From Chloroflexota bacterium (GTDB lineage: Bacteria > Chloroflexota > Dehalococcoidia > Lucifugimonadales > Lucifugimonadaceae), in NCBI GenBank assembly GCA_002719295.1, contig PBHC01000005.1:32001-96000 (forward strand): 64,000 nucleotides of DNA, in the 5' to 3' direction. The notes beneath the pieces are model-generated. The model had not been told where the DNA came from. It saw nothing but the letters and a program-made list of their open reading frames with translations, and did not search any database. Each line of letters begins with the position of its first letter. Within the stretch, counting starts at the first letter, position 1. Positions 1 to 8,788 of this stretch are shown here, in pieces. The position numbers were made by a program, and so were the translations under genes.

Positions 1-196
1 CCTCTAGGTTTGTTCTGACTTTTCTAAATAATACTTCATCACTTTTCCAAGTATCCCAAAGTATTTTAGGATCTACATTCCAATCATTCTCTTTAACAAA
101 AAGCTTAAATAAATCTATCCAGCTTGTTCTATCGTTTTCAACAATTGTTTCAAAGCAATCAAATATAATTATTGATGGAGTATCTTTTTTTATCAT
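1..196 (-). CDS. HAD-superfamily hydrolase, N-terminal part (runs off the window start)
   Basis: Not in the ORF track. Manual translation from ATG at 196 gives [33 protein letters not shown]..., with a HAD motif I-like FDxxxT. ATGA overlap with the hisF stop. Confidence 0.75.
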   Translation of the reverse strand, partial: MIKKDTPSIIIFDCFETIVENDRTSWIDLFKLFVKENDWNVDPKILWDTWKSDEVLFRKVRTNLE

Positions 197-948
197 AATC
201 TCACCTGAATTTTATTATTATTTAGAAAATCTTTTGCTTGTTTTATAGAAAATTCTCCATAATGAAAAATACTTGCTGCTAAAACAGCATCCGCATTTCC
301 AACAGATAAAGCTTCAACTAAATGTTCTAATTTACCTGCTCCTCCGGAAGCAATTAAAGGGATTGAAATTTTTTCATTGATTTTAGATAAAAGCTCTAAA
401 TCATATCCATCATAAGATCCATCTCTATCCATGCTGGTTAATAATACTTCTCCAGCCCCATTTTCTTCTACAATTTGTACCCATTCCATTACATCTATAT
501 CCGTAATATTTCTTCCTCCATGTGTAAAAACAATCCATTTATCACCTATTTTTTTTACATCTATAGCACTAACTACACACTGAGATCCAAATTCATTAGA
601 ACATTCTGTAATTAATTTTGGATTACTTATAGCTGATGAATTAATGGAAACCTTATCAGCGCCAGCCTCTAGCATTATTTTCATATCTTTTATTGCTCTT
701 ATCCCTCCACCAACAGTAAGAGGTATAAAAACTTGAGAAGAAACTTTTCTTACAACATCTATAAGTGTTTTTCTATCTTCGTGTGTTGCAGTTATATCAA
801 GAAATACTAGCTCATCCGCACCTTCTTTATTATAAAATTCTGCTAATTCTGAAGGATCACCTGCATCTCTTATATTAACAAAATTTGTTCCTTTTACAAC
901 TCTCCCACCATCTATATCCAAACAAGGTATTATTCTTTTACTTAGCAT
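193..948 (-). CDS. hisF: Imidazole glycerol phosphate synthase cyclase subunit
   Basis: [33 protein letters not shown] motifs. Confidence 0.98.
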   Translation of the reverse strand: MLSKRIIPCLDIDGGRVVKGTNFVNIRDAGDPSELAEFYNKEGADELVFLDITATHEDRKTLIDVVRKVSSQVFIPLTVGGGIRAIKDMKIMLEAGADKVSINSSAISNPKLITECSNEFGSQCVVSAIDVKKIGDKWIVFTHGGRNITDIDVMEWVQIVEENGAGEVLLTSMDRDGSYDGYDLELLSKINEKISIPLIASGGAGKLEHLVEALSVGNADAVLAASIFHYGEFSIKQAKDFLNNNKIQVRL

Positions 949-954
949 AGTTTT

Positions 955-1662
955 TTATTGATTTAGTAGCTTATTAAGGTCAATTTTACCAGTATAAATC
1001 GACATACCTAAAATGGCTCCATCAATTCCTAGGTTTTTTAATTTTGAAATATCATTTATATCTGAAATGCCTCCAGCTATATACAATTCTGATTCACAAA
1101 TTTTTCTTAAATCTGAAATATACTTAAAATTAGGGTGCGTTAAAGTCCCATCTTTTTCAATGTCAGTATAAATAAAGTTTTTACAACCGTTATCTTGCAA
1201 TTCAATTACAAGGTCTTTTACATCAATTCCTGCATCTTGCAACCAACCTTTTGTTTTCACTTTTCCATTTAATGCGTCAATACTTACAATTATCTGAGAA
1301 TTATATTTTTTTATTGCCTCTAATACGTCTGATTTATTTTCTAAAGCAGCAGTTCCAAAAATGATTTTACTTACTCCTAGGTTTAAAAAAGATTCAGCTT
1401 TTTCAAAAGTCCTAATTCCTCCTCCAACTTGAATCTTTAGGTTTGTGTTATTGATTATTTTTGTTATGTTATCTTTGACTGTAGAAATTCCATCTTTAGC
1501 ACCATCTAAGTCAATTATATGAACATATTTACTTCCAATATCTTCAAAATTTTTAGCGACTTTATATGGGTCCTCATTAAATACTACTTCGTTATCATAA
1601 TCACCTTTTATTAATCGGACACATTTGCCATTTCTGATATCAATTGCTGGAAATATTTTCAT
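955..1662 (-). CDS. hisA: ProFAR isomerase
   Basis: IFPAIDIRNGKCVRL, HIIDLDGA, QVGGGIR, TDIEKDGTL; position between hisH and hisF. Confidence 0.97.
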   Translation of the reverse strand: MKIFPAIDIRNGKCVRLIKGDYDNEVVFNEDPYKVAKNFEDIGSKYVHIIDLDGAKDGISTVKDNITKIINNTNLKIQVGGGIRTFEKAESFLNLGVSKIIFGTAALENKSDVLEAIKKYNSQIIVSIDALNGKVKTKGWLQDAGIDVKDLVIELQDNGCKNFIYTDIEKDGTLTHPNFKYISDLRKICESELYIAGGISDINDISKLKNLGIDGAILGMSIYTGKIDLNKLLNQ

Positions 1663-1663
1663 T

Positions 1664-2296
1664 CTAATTCTTTCTTGTTAAATTGATAAAATTTTCATAA
1701 ATTTTTAAACCTCTATTTGAGCTTTTTTCTGGGTGAAATTGTACAGCATATAAATTATTTTTTTCAATAGAAGCTACTATTTCATTAGAATAGTTGGTTT
1801 TTCCTGAAATTATGTTTGGATCATTTGGTATACATTGAAATGAATGCACAAAGTAAAAATCACTTTTATTTTCAATATTTGAAAAAAGATTAGAATTTTT
1901 TGAATTTTCTACTTGATTCCATCCCATATGTGGGATTTTATATTTATTTTTTTTCTTATCAAACTCAGGGATTTTGATAACTTTACCTTCAATAATACCT
2001 AATCCTGGCAAGCTGCCTTCTTCAGAACTATCAAATAATATCTGCATACCAACGCATATGCATAAAATAGGCCTTCCTAGTCCATAAAATTCTAATATAG
2101 TTTCATCTAGTTTAGATTTATATATATTCTTTAAAACAGTGTCTGTGGAACTAACTCCCGGGATAATTAGTGCTTTACTTTTCAAAACCTGATCTCTTGA
2201 AGAAGTTATAACATTATCTCTCTCAAATAAATCTACTGCTTTTTTTACACTATGAAAATTTGCTGATTTTGTGTCAAGGATTGAAATATTTGGCAT
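1664..2296 (-). CDS. hisH: Imidazole glycerol phosphate synthase glutaminase subunit
   Basis: ICVGMQIL nucleophile, PHMGWN, YFVHS, QFHPEKS. Confidence 0.96.
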   Translation of the reverse strand: MPNISILDTKSANFHSVKKAVDLFERDNVITSSRDQVLKSKALIIPGVSSTDTVLKNIYKSKLDETILEFYGLGRPILCICVGMQILFDSSEEGSLPGLGIIEGKVIKIPEFDKKKNKYKIPHMGWNQVENSKNSNLFSNIENKSDFYFVHSFQCIPNDPNIISGKTNYSNEIVASIEKNNLYAVQFHPEKSSNRGLKIYENFINLTRKN

Positions 2297-2299
2297 TAA

Positions 2300-2860
2300 T
2301 TATTCCGTAGCTTTAATATATTCATTATCTTTGTCTATGTATCTTGCTAGTATAAAGAGTAAATCGCTTAGCCTATTTAGAAGAATAAGGTTTAATTCAT
2401 TATTGAGTAGATTATTTCCTTTAACTTTCACGCATAACCGTTCAGCTTTTCTACAAATTGTTCTTGAAATATCAATATAAGAGGAGGTTTGACTTGATCC
2501 AGGTAGAACAAAAAAATTAATTTCAGGTGTATTTTTTTGAAAATAATCTATACTGTCTTCAACTTCTTTGATCATATCTTCAGATATATATCGATACTTC
2601 TTTTTCATCTCAGCATATTTATTTTTAGGACAAGCAATTTCACTTGAAATAATAAATAATTTTCTTTGAATATCCAGTATTGAATTTTCGACTTCTTGTT
2701 GGTTTTTATCATTTAGAATTGCCTTTGCTACTCCTAAGTTGGACATACATTCGTCAATAGCACCATAGCATTCAACCCTGATATCATTTTTTGAAACCTT
2801 TTCACCAAAAAGTAAAAAAGTTTCTCCTTTATCACCATTTCTTGTATATAATTTAGCCAA
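2300..2860 (-). CDS. pduO: ATP:cob(I)alamin adenosyltransferase, PduO type
   Basis: LYTRNGDKGET, YGAIDE, RTICRKAER, LNRLSDLLFILAR. Confidence 0.93.
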   Translation of the reverse strand: MAKLYTRNGDKGETFLLFGEKVSKNDIRVECYGAIDECMSNLGVAKAILNDKNQQEVENSILDIQRKLFIISSEIACPKNKYAEMKKKYRYISEDMIKEVEDSIDYFQKNTPEINFFVLPGSSQTSSYIDISRTICRKAERLCVKVKGNNLLNNELNLILLNRLSDLLFILARYIDKDNEYIKATE

Positions 2861-2960
2861 TTCTTTTATTTTTTATTAATTATTTATATAATAAATAGTA
2901 CATTTAAATTTCAAATAAATTATAAATTATTTATATATAAAAGCATTTCTTAAAAACAAA

Positions 2961-3308
2961 ATGGAAACAAACATACCAATCAATACAATAAAAATTTCTG
3001 AAAAAGCTTGTGAAAAAGTGAAGGAATTTGCCCATAATGAATCAAGAGATAAATTTGGATTGAAAGTTGCAGTTAAGGGTGGCGGTTGCTCTGGTTTGCA
3101 GTATGTTTTGGAAATTGTAGAAGGCCCTGATGATTCAGATAAAGTTATTTCTCAAAATGGCCTTGAAGTTTACATACCTAAAAAAGCATATGTTTACTTG
3201 GCTGGAACTTATTTAGATTATTCAGATGGATTAAATGGAAAGGGCTTTGAATTCAAGAATCCAAACGCAACATCTTCTTGTGGTTGTGGAGATTCTTTTT
3301 CTGTATAG
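2961..3308 (+). CDS. A-type Fe-S cluster carrier (HesB/IscA/ErpA family)
   Basis: GGGCSGLQY and C-terminal CGCGDSF. Confidence 0.96.
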   Translation: METNIPINTIKISEKACEKVKEFAHNESRDKFGLKVAVKGGGCSGLQYVLEIVEGPDDSDKVISQNGLEVYIPKKAYVYLAGTYLDYSDGLNGKGFEFKNPNATSSCGCGDSFSV

Positions 3309-4133
3309 ATGAAATATATAAATATTGATAAGTATAATTCTTCAATTTTTATTGACCAAAATTATAATTCCTTTTCTATGATTGGTGATGATGCTATTTC
3401 TTTTTTAGATAGGATGTCTACAAATAATATTTTTAAAATCAATTCTTCCCGAACCGCTATTACAGATAACAAAGGTTCAATAATAGATATATTAACCTAT
3501 AAAGTGATTAATGAAAAAAAAATAATTTTTGTTTCAGACATCAAAACAGATAGGTCTATCGAATATATGAAAAAATATATAATTATTGATGATGTAGAGA
3601 TAAAACATAATGGTAATTTAAATAAGATTGTAATTTATTCTAAAAAATCAGAAAATTCTATAGATTTAGAAAACTTTAGTTTAATTAGTACGTATGAATA
3701 TAAAGAATTTATGAGATATGAACTGTTTTCATCTGATGATGAGTTTAAAAAATTTAATAAAACTGATTATAAACAGATATCAATTGACGAAAAAAATACC
3801 TTAGATATTCAAATGAGATATATAGGTATTAAAGAATCAATGATTAAGGCTAACCCTCTTGAGTTAGGACTTTTAGATATAATTTCTTTTGATAAGGGTT
3901 GCTATGTAGGACAAGAAGTTATTGCGAGACTTCATAACTATAAAAAAGTAAGTAGGGAACTGGTTCCTTTTTCTACAAAGTCTGAGTTGGAAATCAATTC
4001 AAAAATTATTATAGATTCAAAAAATATAGGTAATGTTTTAAGTATTCATAAGAAAGCTGATGGATTTTTAGGTCTTTCTTTAATTAAGAAAAGGTTTTCT
4101 TATTTACTAACTGAAGAAATTATAAAAATTTAG
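3309..4133 (+). CDS. ygfZ: YgfZ/GcvT-like folate-binding Fe-S maturation protein
   Basis: Signature KGCYVGQEVIAR; abuts the A-type carrier gene. Confidence 0.88.
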   Translation: MKYINIDKYNSSIFIDQNYNSFSMIGDDAISFLDRMSTNNIFKINSSRTAITDNKGSIIDILTYKVINEKKIIFVSDIKTDRSIEYMKKYIIIDDVEIKHNGNLNKIVIYSKKSENSIDLENFSLISTYEYKEFMRYELFSSDDEFKKFNKTDYKQISIDEKNTLDIQMRYIGIKESMIKANPLELGLLDIISFDKGCYVGQEVIARLHNYKKVSRELVPFSTKSELEINSKIIIDSKNIGNVLSIHKKADGFLGLSLIKKRFSYLLTEEIIKI

Positions 4134-4882
4134 CTGAGTAATAAAGTATCTCCTCCATCAACTAATATATTTTGTCCTATTATCATTTCTGACTCTTCAT
4201 TACATAACATAACTGCAGCTTTGGCTATATGTTCTGTTAAAAGTTTTTTTTGAGTAGGATTTTTTCTTTCTAGTATTTTGCTTATATCAGATTGATTAGG
4301 AAAATGCTTTATGGCATCTGTTTCTAACATAGTTGCTGAAATAGAGTTTACTGTTATGTCTTTTTTTGCTAAATCAAAAGCCATGTATCTTGTGATGGAT
4401 TCTAATGCTGCTTTTGAAACCCCTATAGAAAAATAATTTTTTAGTACCTTAGAAGATCCTGGTGAAGATATATTAATTATTCTAGAATTTTTATTCATAA
4501 TATCTGATAGGTTTTTTGATAAGATCCATGGCCCTTTTGCATTTATTTGCATTGTCCAATCCCAATGTTTTTCAGTAGTTTCTAATGAATTTTTCATTAC
4601 TCCTGATGCTGCATTATTTATTAAGAAATCAAGTTTAATATTTAATTTTTTTATTTCATTACTAAATCTGTTGATATCCTCATTAGAGTTTAGATTTAGC
4701 TTTTTAGATATAACATCTACACCAAATTTTTCTAGTTCTTTTATTGATTTTTTAGCTTCAGTAGAGCTTCTTACATACGTAAAAATGATATTAGCGCCTC
4801 TTTTTGCGAACTCATAACATATTTTTTTCCCTAATCCTCTAGAGCCACCTGTCAGAAGTAAGGTTTTATTTTTAAAAATCAT
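4130..4882 (-). CDS. fabL: SDR, FabL-like enoyl-ACP reductase
   Basis: TGGSRGLG, NNAASGV, GVSKAALESITRY typical of FabL; directly downstream of fabG. Confidence 0.75.
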   Translation of the reverse strand: MIFKNKTLLLTGGSRGLGKKICYEFAKRGANIIFTYVRSSTEAKKSIKELEKFGVDVISKKLNLNSNEDINRFSNEIKKLNIKLDFLINNAASGVMKNSLETTEKHWDWTMQINAKGPWILSKNLSDIMNKNSRIINISSPGSSKVLKNYFSIGVSKAALESITRYMAFDLAKKDITVNSISATMLETDAIKHFPNQSDISKILERKNPTQKKLLTEHIAKAAVMLCNEESEMIIGQNILVDGGDTLLLS

Positions 4883-5622
4883 ATTGCCATTCCACCATCT
4901 ACTCTAATTATTTCTCCAGTGATATATCTTGCTTCTTCTTTGGATAAAAAAGCAGCTATAGGAGCAATCTCATCAGGTTCTCCAAATCTTTGCATTGGAA
5001 TCCATGACATAACTTCATTTTTAACTTTTTCTGAGAGTACATCTGTAGTTGCGGTTGAAACATATCCAGGAGCGATTACATTAACAGTGATATTTCTAGT
5101 TGCAACTTCCTTTGCAATTGATTTTGTGAAGGAATGTATACCTGCTTTTGATGCAGAATAATTTGATTGCCCTATATTTCCTCTTATTCCTACTACAGAA
5201 GAAATATTTATTACTCTTCCCCATCTATTTTTTATCATGTTGTTTATACATAATTTTGTGCAATAAAAAGTTCCTTTAAGATTGGTATCTATTACTCTAT
5301 CAAAGTCTTCTAGCTTCATTCTCATTAGTAAAGAGTCCGATATAATACCAGCATTGTTATATAAAATTTCAATGTTTCCTAACTTTTGTTCTACAGCCTT
5401 TATCATATCTTCTACTTCATTTATTTTTGATACATTTCCTTTGACTATAATTCCTTCAGATCCTAGTGATTCAATTTCTTTGAGGACGTTTTCAGCATCT
5501 TCTTTATGAGAGTTGTAGTTTATTGCTACTTTATGTCCAGATTCAGCTAGTCTTAGTGCAATTGCTCTTCCAATGCCTCTTGATGCACCTGTTATTAATG
5601 CCACTCTTGGTATATCTTCCAT
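4879..5622 (-). CDS. fabG: 3-oxoacyl-ACP reductase
   Basis: TGASRGIG, NNAGI, GNIGQSNYSASKAG, VDGGM; follows plsX. Confidence 0.93.
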   Translation of the reverse strand: MEDIPRVALITGASRGIGRAIALRLAESGHKVAINYNSHKEDAENVLKEIESLGSEGIIVKGNVSKINEVEDMIKAVEQKLGNIEILYNNAGIISDSLLMRMKLEDFDRVIDTNLKGTFYCTKLCINNMIKNRWGRVINISSVVGIRGNIGQSNYSASKAGIHSFTKSIAKEVATRNITVNVIAPGYVSTATTDVLSEKVKNEVMSWIPMQRFGEPDEIAPIAAFLSKEEARYITGEIIRVDGGMAI

Positions 5623-5625
5623 AAC

Positions 5626-6624
5626 TTAATCCTTAATTTCTGATCTAATTTTTTTAATTGCTTTTTGTTGTTTTTCAACCCAATCATTTTCTATAGTTAG
5701 CTTTGCAGTATTAATTGCGTTTACTATTGTTGAAACTTTTGATGATCCATGACCTATGATTGCAATTCCATTTATTCCAAAAATTGGGCCCCCTCCATAT
5801 GATTCGGATAAGACATTTGTTTTATTTAATATTTCATCTGATATTTCCTTATTTCCAGTTTTATCTAAAATTTCTTTAGAAATTTTTCTTCCTAAGCTTT
5901 CTGTAGTTTTTAAAAGAATATTTCCAACAAATCCATCGCATATAACTACATCTACTTTTTGTTCAAAGAGATCTTCTGGTTCTATGTTTCCAACAAAATT
6001 CAATGAACTTTTTGATAGTAATTGAAACGTTTCTTTGACTAGTAAATTTCCTTTTCCTTCTTCTGAGCCTACTGACAATAAAGCAATTTTTGGGTTTTCT
6101 TTATTGAACATCAATTGTGATACTTGATCACCTATTGCAGCAAAATCTGCTAATTGGGGAGCCTTTGTGTCAACATTTGATCCTAAATCTAAAAGAACCA
6201 TTTCAGGTGAATAACCAATAATTGGACCACCTATAGAACCTCTTTCGATTCCTTCCATAGTTCCAAATAAAATAGAAGCTGCTGCCAATGTTGCACCAGA
6301 AGATCCCATGCTTACAACTCCATCTGCATAGCCTTTTTTTACTAAACCTGCGGAAATAAAGATCGATGCTTTAGGTTTATTTCTGTATGCACTTACAGGA
6401 CTTTCTCCCTCATTAACTACACCTTCAGATGGAATCACTTTCATTTTTTCTGTTATTTCTTTTGGAAATTTAGAAAGTTCCTTCCCAACTTCGTCAGGAT
6501 CACCCACTAAAATTACTTTTATTCCAAAATCTTTTATAGCACTTATTGCTGCTGGTACAGTTACTTGCGGGCCATAATCTCCACCCATAGCATCTAATGC
6601 AATAACTCCTTCAAATTTCTCCAT
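5626..6624 (-). CDS. plsX: Phosphate acyltransferase
   Basis: IALDAMGGDYGP, GSEEGKGN, DVVICDGFVGNILLK, IIGHGSS. Confidence 0.95.
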   Translation of the reverse strand: MEKFEGVIALDAMGGDYGPQVTVPAAISAIKDFGIKVILVGDPDEVGKELSKFPKEITEKMKVIPSEGVVNEGESPVSAYRNKPKASIFISAGLVKKGYADGVVSMGSSGATLAAASILFGTMEGIERGSIGGPIIGYSPEMVLLDLGSNVDTKAPQLADFAAIGDQVSQLMFNKENPKIALLSVGSEEGKGNLLVKETFQLLSKSSLNFVGNIEPEDLFEQKVDVVICDGFVGNILLKTTESLGRKISKEILDKTGNKEISDEILNKTNVLSESYGGGPIFGINGIAIIGHGSSKVSTIVNAINTAKLTIENDWVEKQQKAIKKIRSEIKD

Positions 6625-6635
6625 GTTTTAATCTC

Positions 6636-7004
6636 CTATTTGAATAACAATGAAGCAGAAACAGCTTCATCACCATTATCTTTTTTACAAATAATATTAA
6701 TTTTTTCATTCGATTTTTCTTCTAAGTAAATTTTTATCTTTTCTTCAGAATATACCGGATTTTTTAATCTTGCTTCAAAAATAGTGTTTTGAAGCATTTT
6801 TTCCGAATAAACTTCATATAAATGCTCCATAATCAATGATAAAGTAAGCATCCCATGAGCTATCCTAGACTTGAATATTGACTTTGATGCAAATTCTTCA
6901 TCAATATGTATGGGATTAAAATCCTTTGATGCTTTTGCATAATCGTCAATCATTTGCTGAGTTATTTTTATTTCTAAATAATCTGAAATTTTATTCTCCT
7001 TCAT
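6636..7004 (-). CDS. MaoC-family (R)-specific dehydratase, catalytic hot-dog subunit
   Basis: Hydratase-2 motif YAKASKDFNPIHID...IAHGML. Confidence 0.9.
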   Translation of the reverse strand: MKENKISDYLEIKITQQMIDDYAKASKDFNPIHIDEEFASKSIFKSRIAHGMLTLSLIMEHLYEVYSEKMLQNTIFEARLKNPVYSEEKIKIYLEEKSNEKINIICKKDNGDEAVSASLLFK

Positions 7005-7374
7005 CTGTTATTAAGATTGTACTTATTGATTCTCCTAATTTATTTTTGGACTCATCAGAATAAGTAATCTTAATTTTTATAAAAATATTATTTCTTCTTT
7101 CTGTTTTAGATTCTATTTTAGGAATAGCATATATTTTTTGATTTTCATTAAACTGGTGTTCCCAATGAATTGATTGATTTAAATGGATAGCCCCTTCTTC
7201 TAGTTCCACATCAGCTAGGAGTTTTCCAAAAGACATAGAAACTATTGCAAATGGAGTATGACTATTTATGTCTCTATTAGTTACAGCTTTAGAGTATAGA
7301 CTTGATATTTTTTTATCTAGCAAAATTTCGTATGGTCCAAATTTATGCCCAGATTCAAAAGAATTAAAACCCAT
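6991..7374 (-). CDS. MaoC-like hot-dog protein, probably a non-catalytic partner
   Basis: GAIHLNQSIHWEH resembles the HxxQ strand of FAS1-like/MaoC N-terminal hot-dog domains; lacks DxNPxH; overlaps the catalytic MaoC gene. Confidence 0.65.
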   Translation of the reverse strand: MGFNSFESGHKFGPYEILLDKKISSLYSKAVTNRDINSHTPFAIVSMSFGKLLADVELEEGAIHLNQSIHWEHQFNENQKIYAIPKIESKTERRNNIFIKIKITYSDESKNKLGESISTILITDEGE

Positions 7375-7950
7375 TTATTTTTTTTCCTCTTCTAAAAGTC
7401 TAGAAATATATTTATCCAAAGATTTCATATCTAATGGTCCGTTTATTTTAAATGCAAAGCTTCCATCGCTTTTTACAAAAAATTTTTCTGGAACAGCTAT
7501 TACTCCAAAGTTTACGGCAGTGAATCCCTCTTTATCAATCAATATTTCATACTGAATATCATTATTTTGAATAAAATTCTCAATACTATTTTTGTCATCC
7601 CATATTGCAATGCCTACAAATTCTACTCCTCTAAAATTCCATTCCTTGTATCCATCAGCTAAAACTCCAGCCTCTTTGATGCATGGTCCACACCATGATG
7701 ACCAAAAGTCTATTACAACAGGTTTCCCTTTGAAATCTTCTAAATTTACTGTCTCTCCTTTTAAGTTTTTTAATGCAAATTTTGTTCCTTCGGGTGCAGA
7801 GATTCCAACTTCTCCCATAATAGTATTTACCCCTCTGTTTATTTTTGGAGCTTTTTCGCTTAAAGTTCCAAGAATCAAAAATACAAAAAACAATAAGAAA
7901 AATAAAATAGTTATTGATATTGAGATGTTTCTAATATTTAGTTTATACAT
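7375..7950 (-). CDS. Membrane-anchored TlpA/ResA/CcmG thiol-disulfide oxidoreductase
   Basis: N-terminal TM helix, FWSSWCGPC, cis-Pro VPE; downstream of ccmF. Confidence 0.92.
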   Translation of the reverse strand: MYKLNIRNISISITILFFLLFFVFLILGTLSEKAPKINRGVNTIMGEVGISAPEGTKFALKNLKGETVNLEDFKGKPVVIDFWSSWCGPCIKEAGVLADGYKEWNFRGVEFVGIAIWDDKNSIENFIQNNDIQYEILIDKEGFTAVNFGVIAVPEKFFVKSDGSFAFKINGPLDMKSLDKYISRLLEEEKK

Positions 7951-8704
7951 TTTTATTTCTTTTATTTTTTATATATCTGAGGCCAAAAAAAGCAACTATT
8001 ATATTCAACATAACTATTATTACAATTAAGTTAATTATTTGAAAATTTAAGGAATTCGAAAGTTTCTTTAAGAAACTAGATGGGATATTGACCATTTCAA
8101 GATTTAAGTATTCTCCATTTGAATATTTTTTACCTATGTATTCATCAAATTGTTTAGATGAAATTTGAATTTTTTTATCAAATGAAATTTTTTCTCCTTT
8201 TATTATTCCGGATCCTTCGGGAATAATAATTTTGAAAGATTCAGTACCGTGTGGAAAATGTAAAGGAAAATTAAATTGAGAAGATTTGTATTTTACATAA
8301 TAGCTAAAAATCAGATTAAAGTTTCCAGAAGGTATTTCTGAGGTAAGAGCAAATCCTTGAGGCATCTCTATTAAGTTTCCACTTGGTAAATCTGTCTCTA
8401 CATACAGATCATAAAAACCTTCAGGTAAGCTAAATCTTATAAAATTCATACCAGTCTTTGCGACTTCTGAAAAATTTGGAACAAAAGTATTCTGATTTTC
8501 ATTGGTAATTTTGACAGCTGTAATTATTGATAGAGACTGATCATTTTGGTCAACTGACAAAATAGACATATTATATTCACTTAATAGAATATCTTCTATT
8601 TTAACTTCAGATTCTGCGTTTAATAGATTACCTGAAGTAAAAAATATAAATAAAATTACATAAAGAATTGGAATTGAAATTTTACTTAATATTTTATTTT
8701 TCAT
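7943..8704 (-). CDS. Hypothetical exported protein with C-terminal membrane anchor
   Basis: Hydrophobic N-terminal signal, beta-rich body, C-terminal TM helix plus basic tail; lies inside the ccm cluster. Confidence 0.7.
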   Translation of the reverse strand: MKNKILSKISIPILYVILFIFFTSGNLLNAESEVKIEDILLSEYNMSILSVDQNDQSLSIITAVKITNENQNTFVPNFSEVAKTGMNFIRFSLPEGFYDLYVETDLPSGNLIEMPQGFALTSEIPSGNFNLIFSYYVKYKSSQFNFPLHFPHGTESFKIIIPEGSGIIKGEKISFDKKIQISSKQFDEYIGKKYSNGEYLNLEMVNIPSSFLKKLSNSLNFQIINLIVIIVMLNIIVAFFGLRYIKNKRNKNV

Positions 8705-8788
8705 TTTTATCTATAAATGGCTTTAATATTAAAACAGTAGATAGAATAGTTATGATTAAAAAAATTACTGAGAGTATTATTTCCATAA

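Noticed and set aside
2878..2937. Direct repeat aattatttatata in the pduO/iscA divergent promoter
   Set aside because: Composed only of A and T; expected by chance at this base composition.
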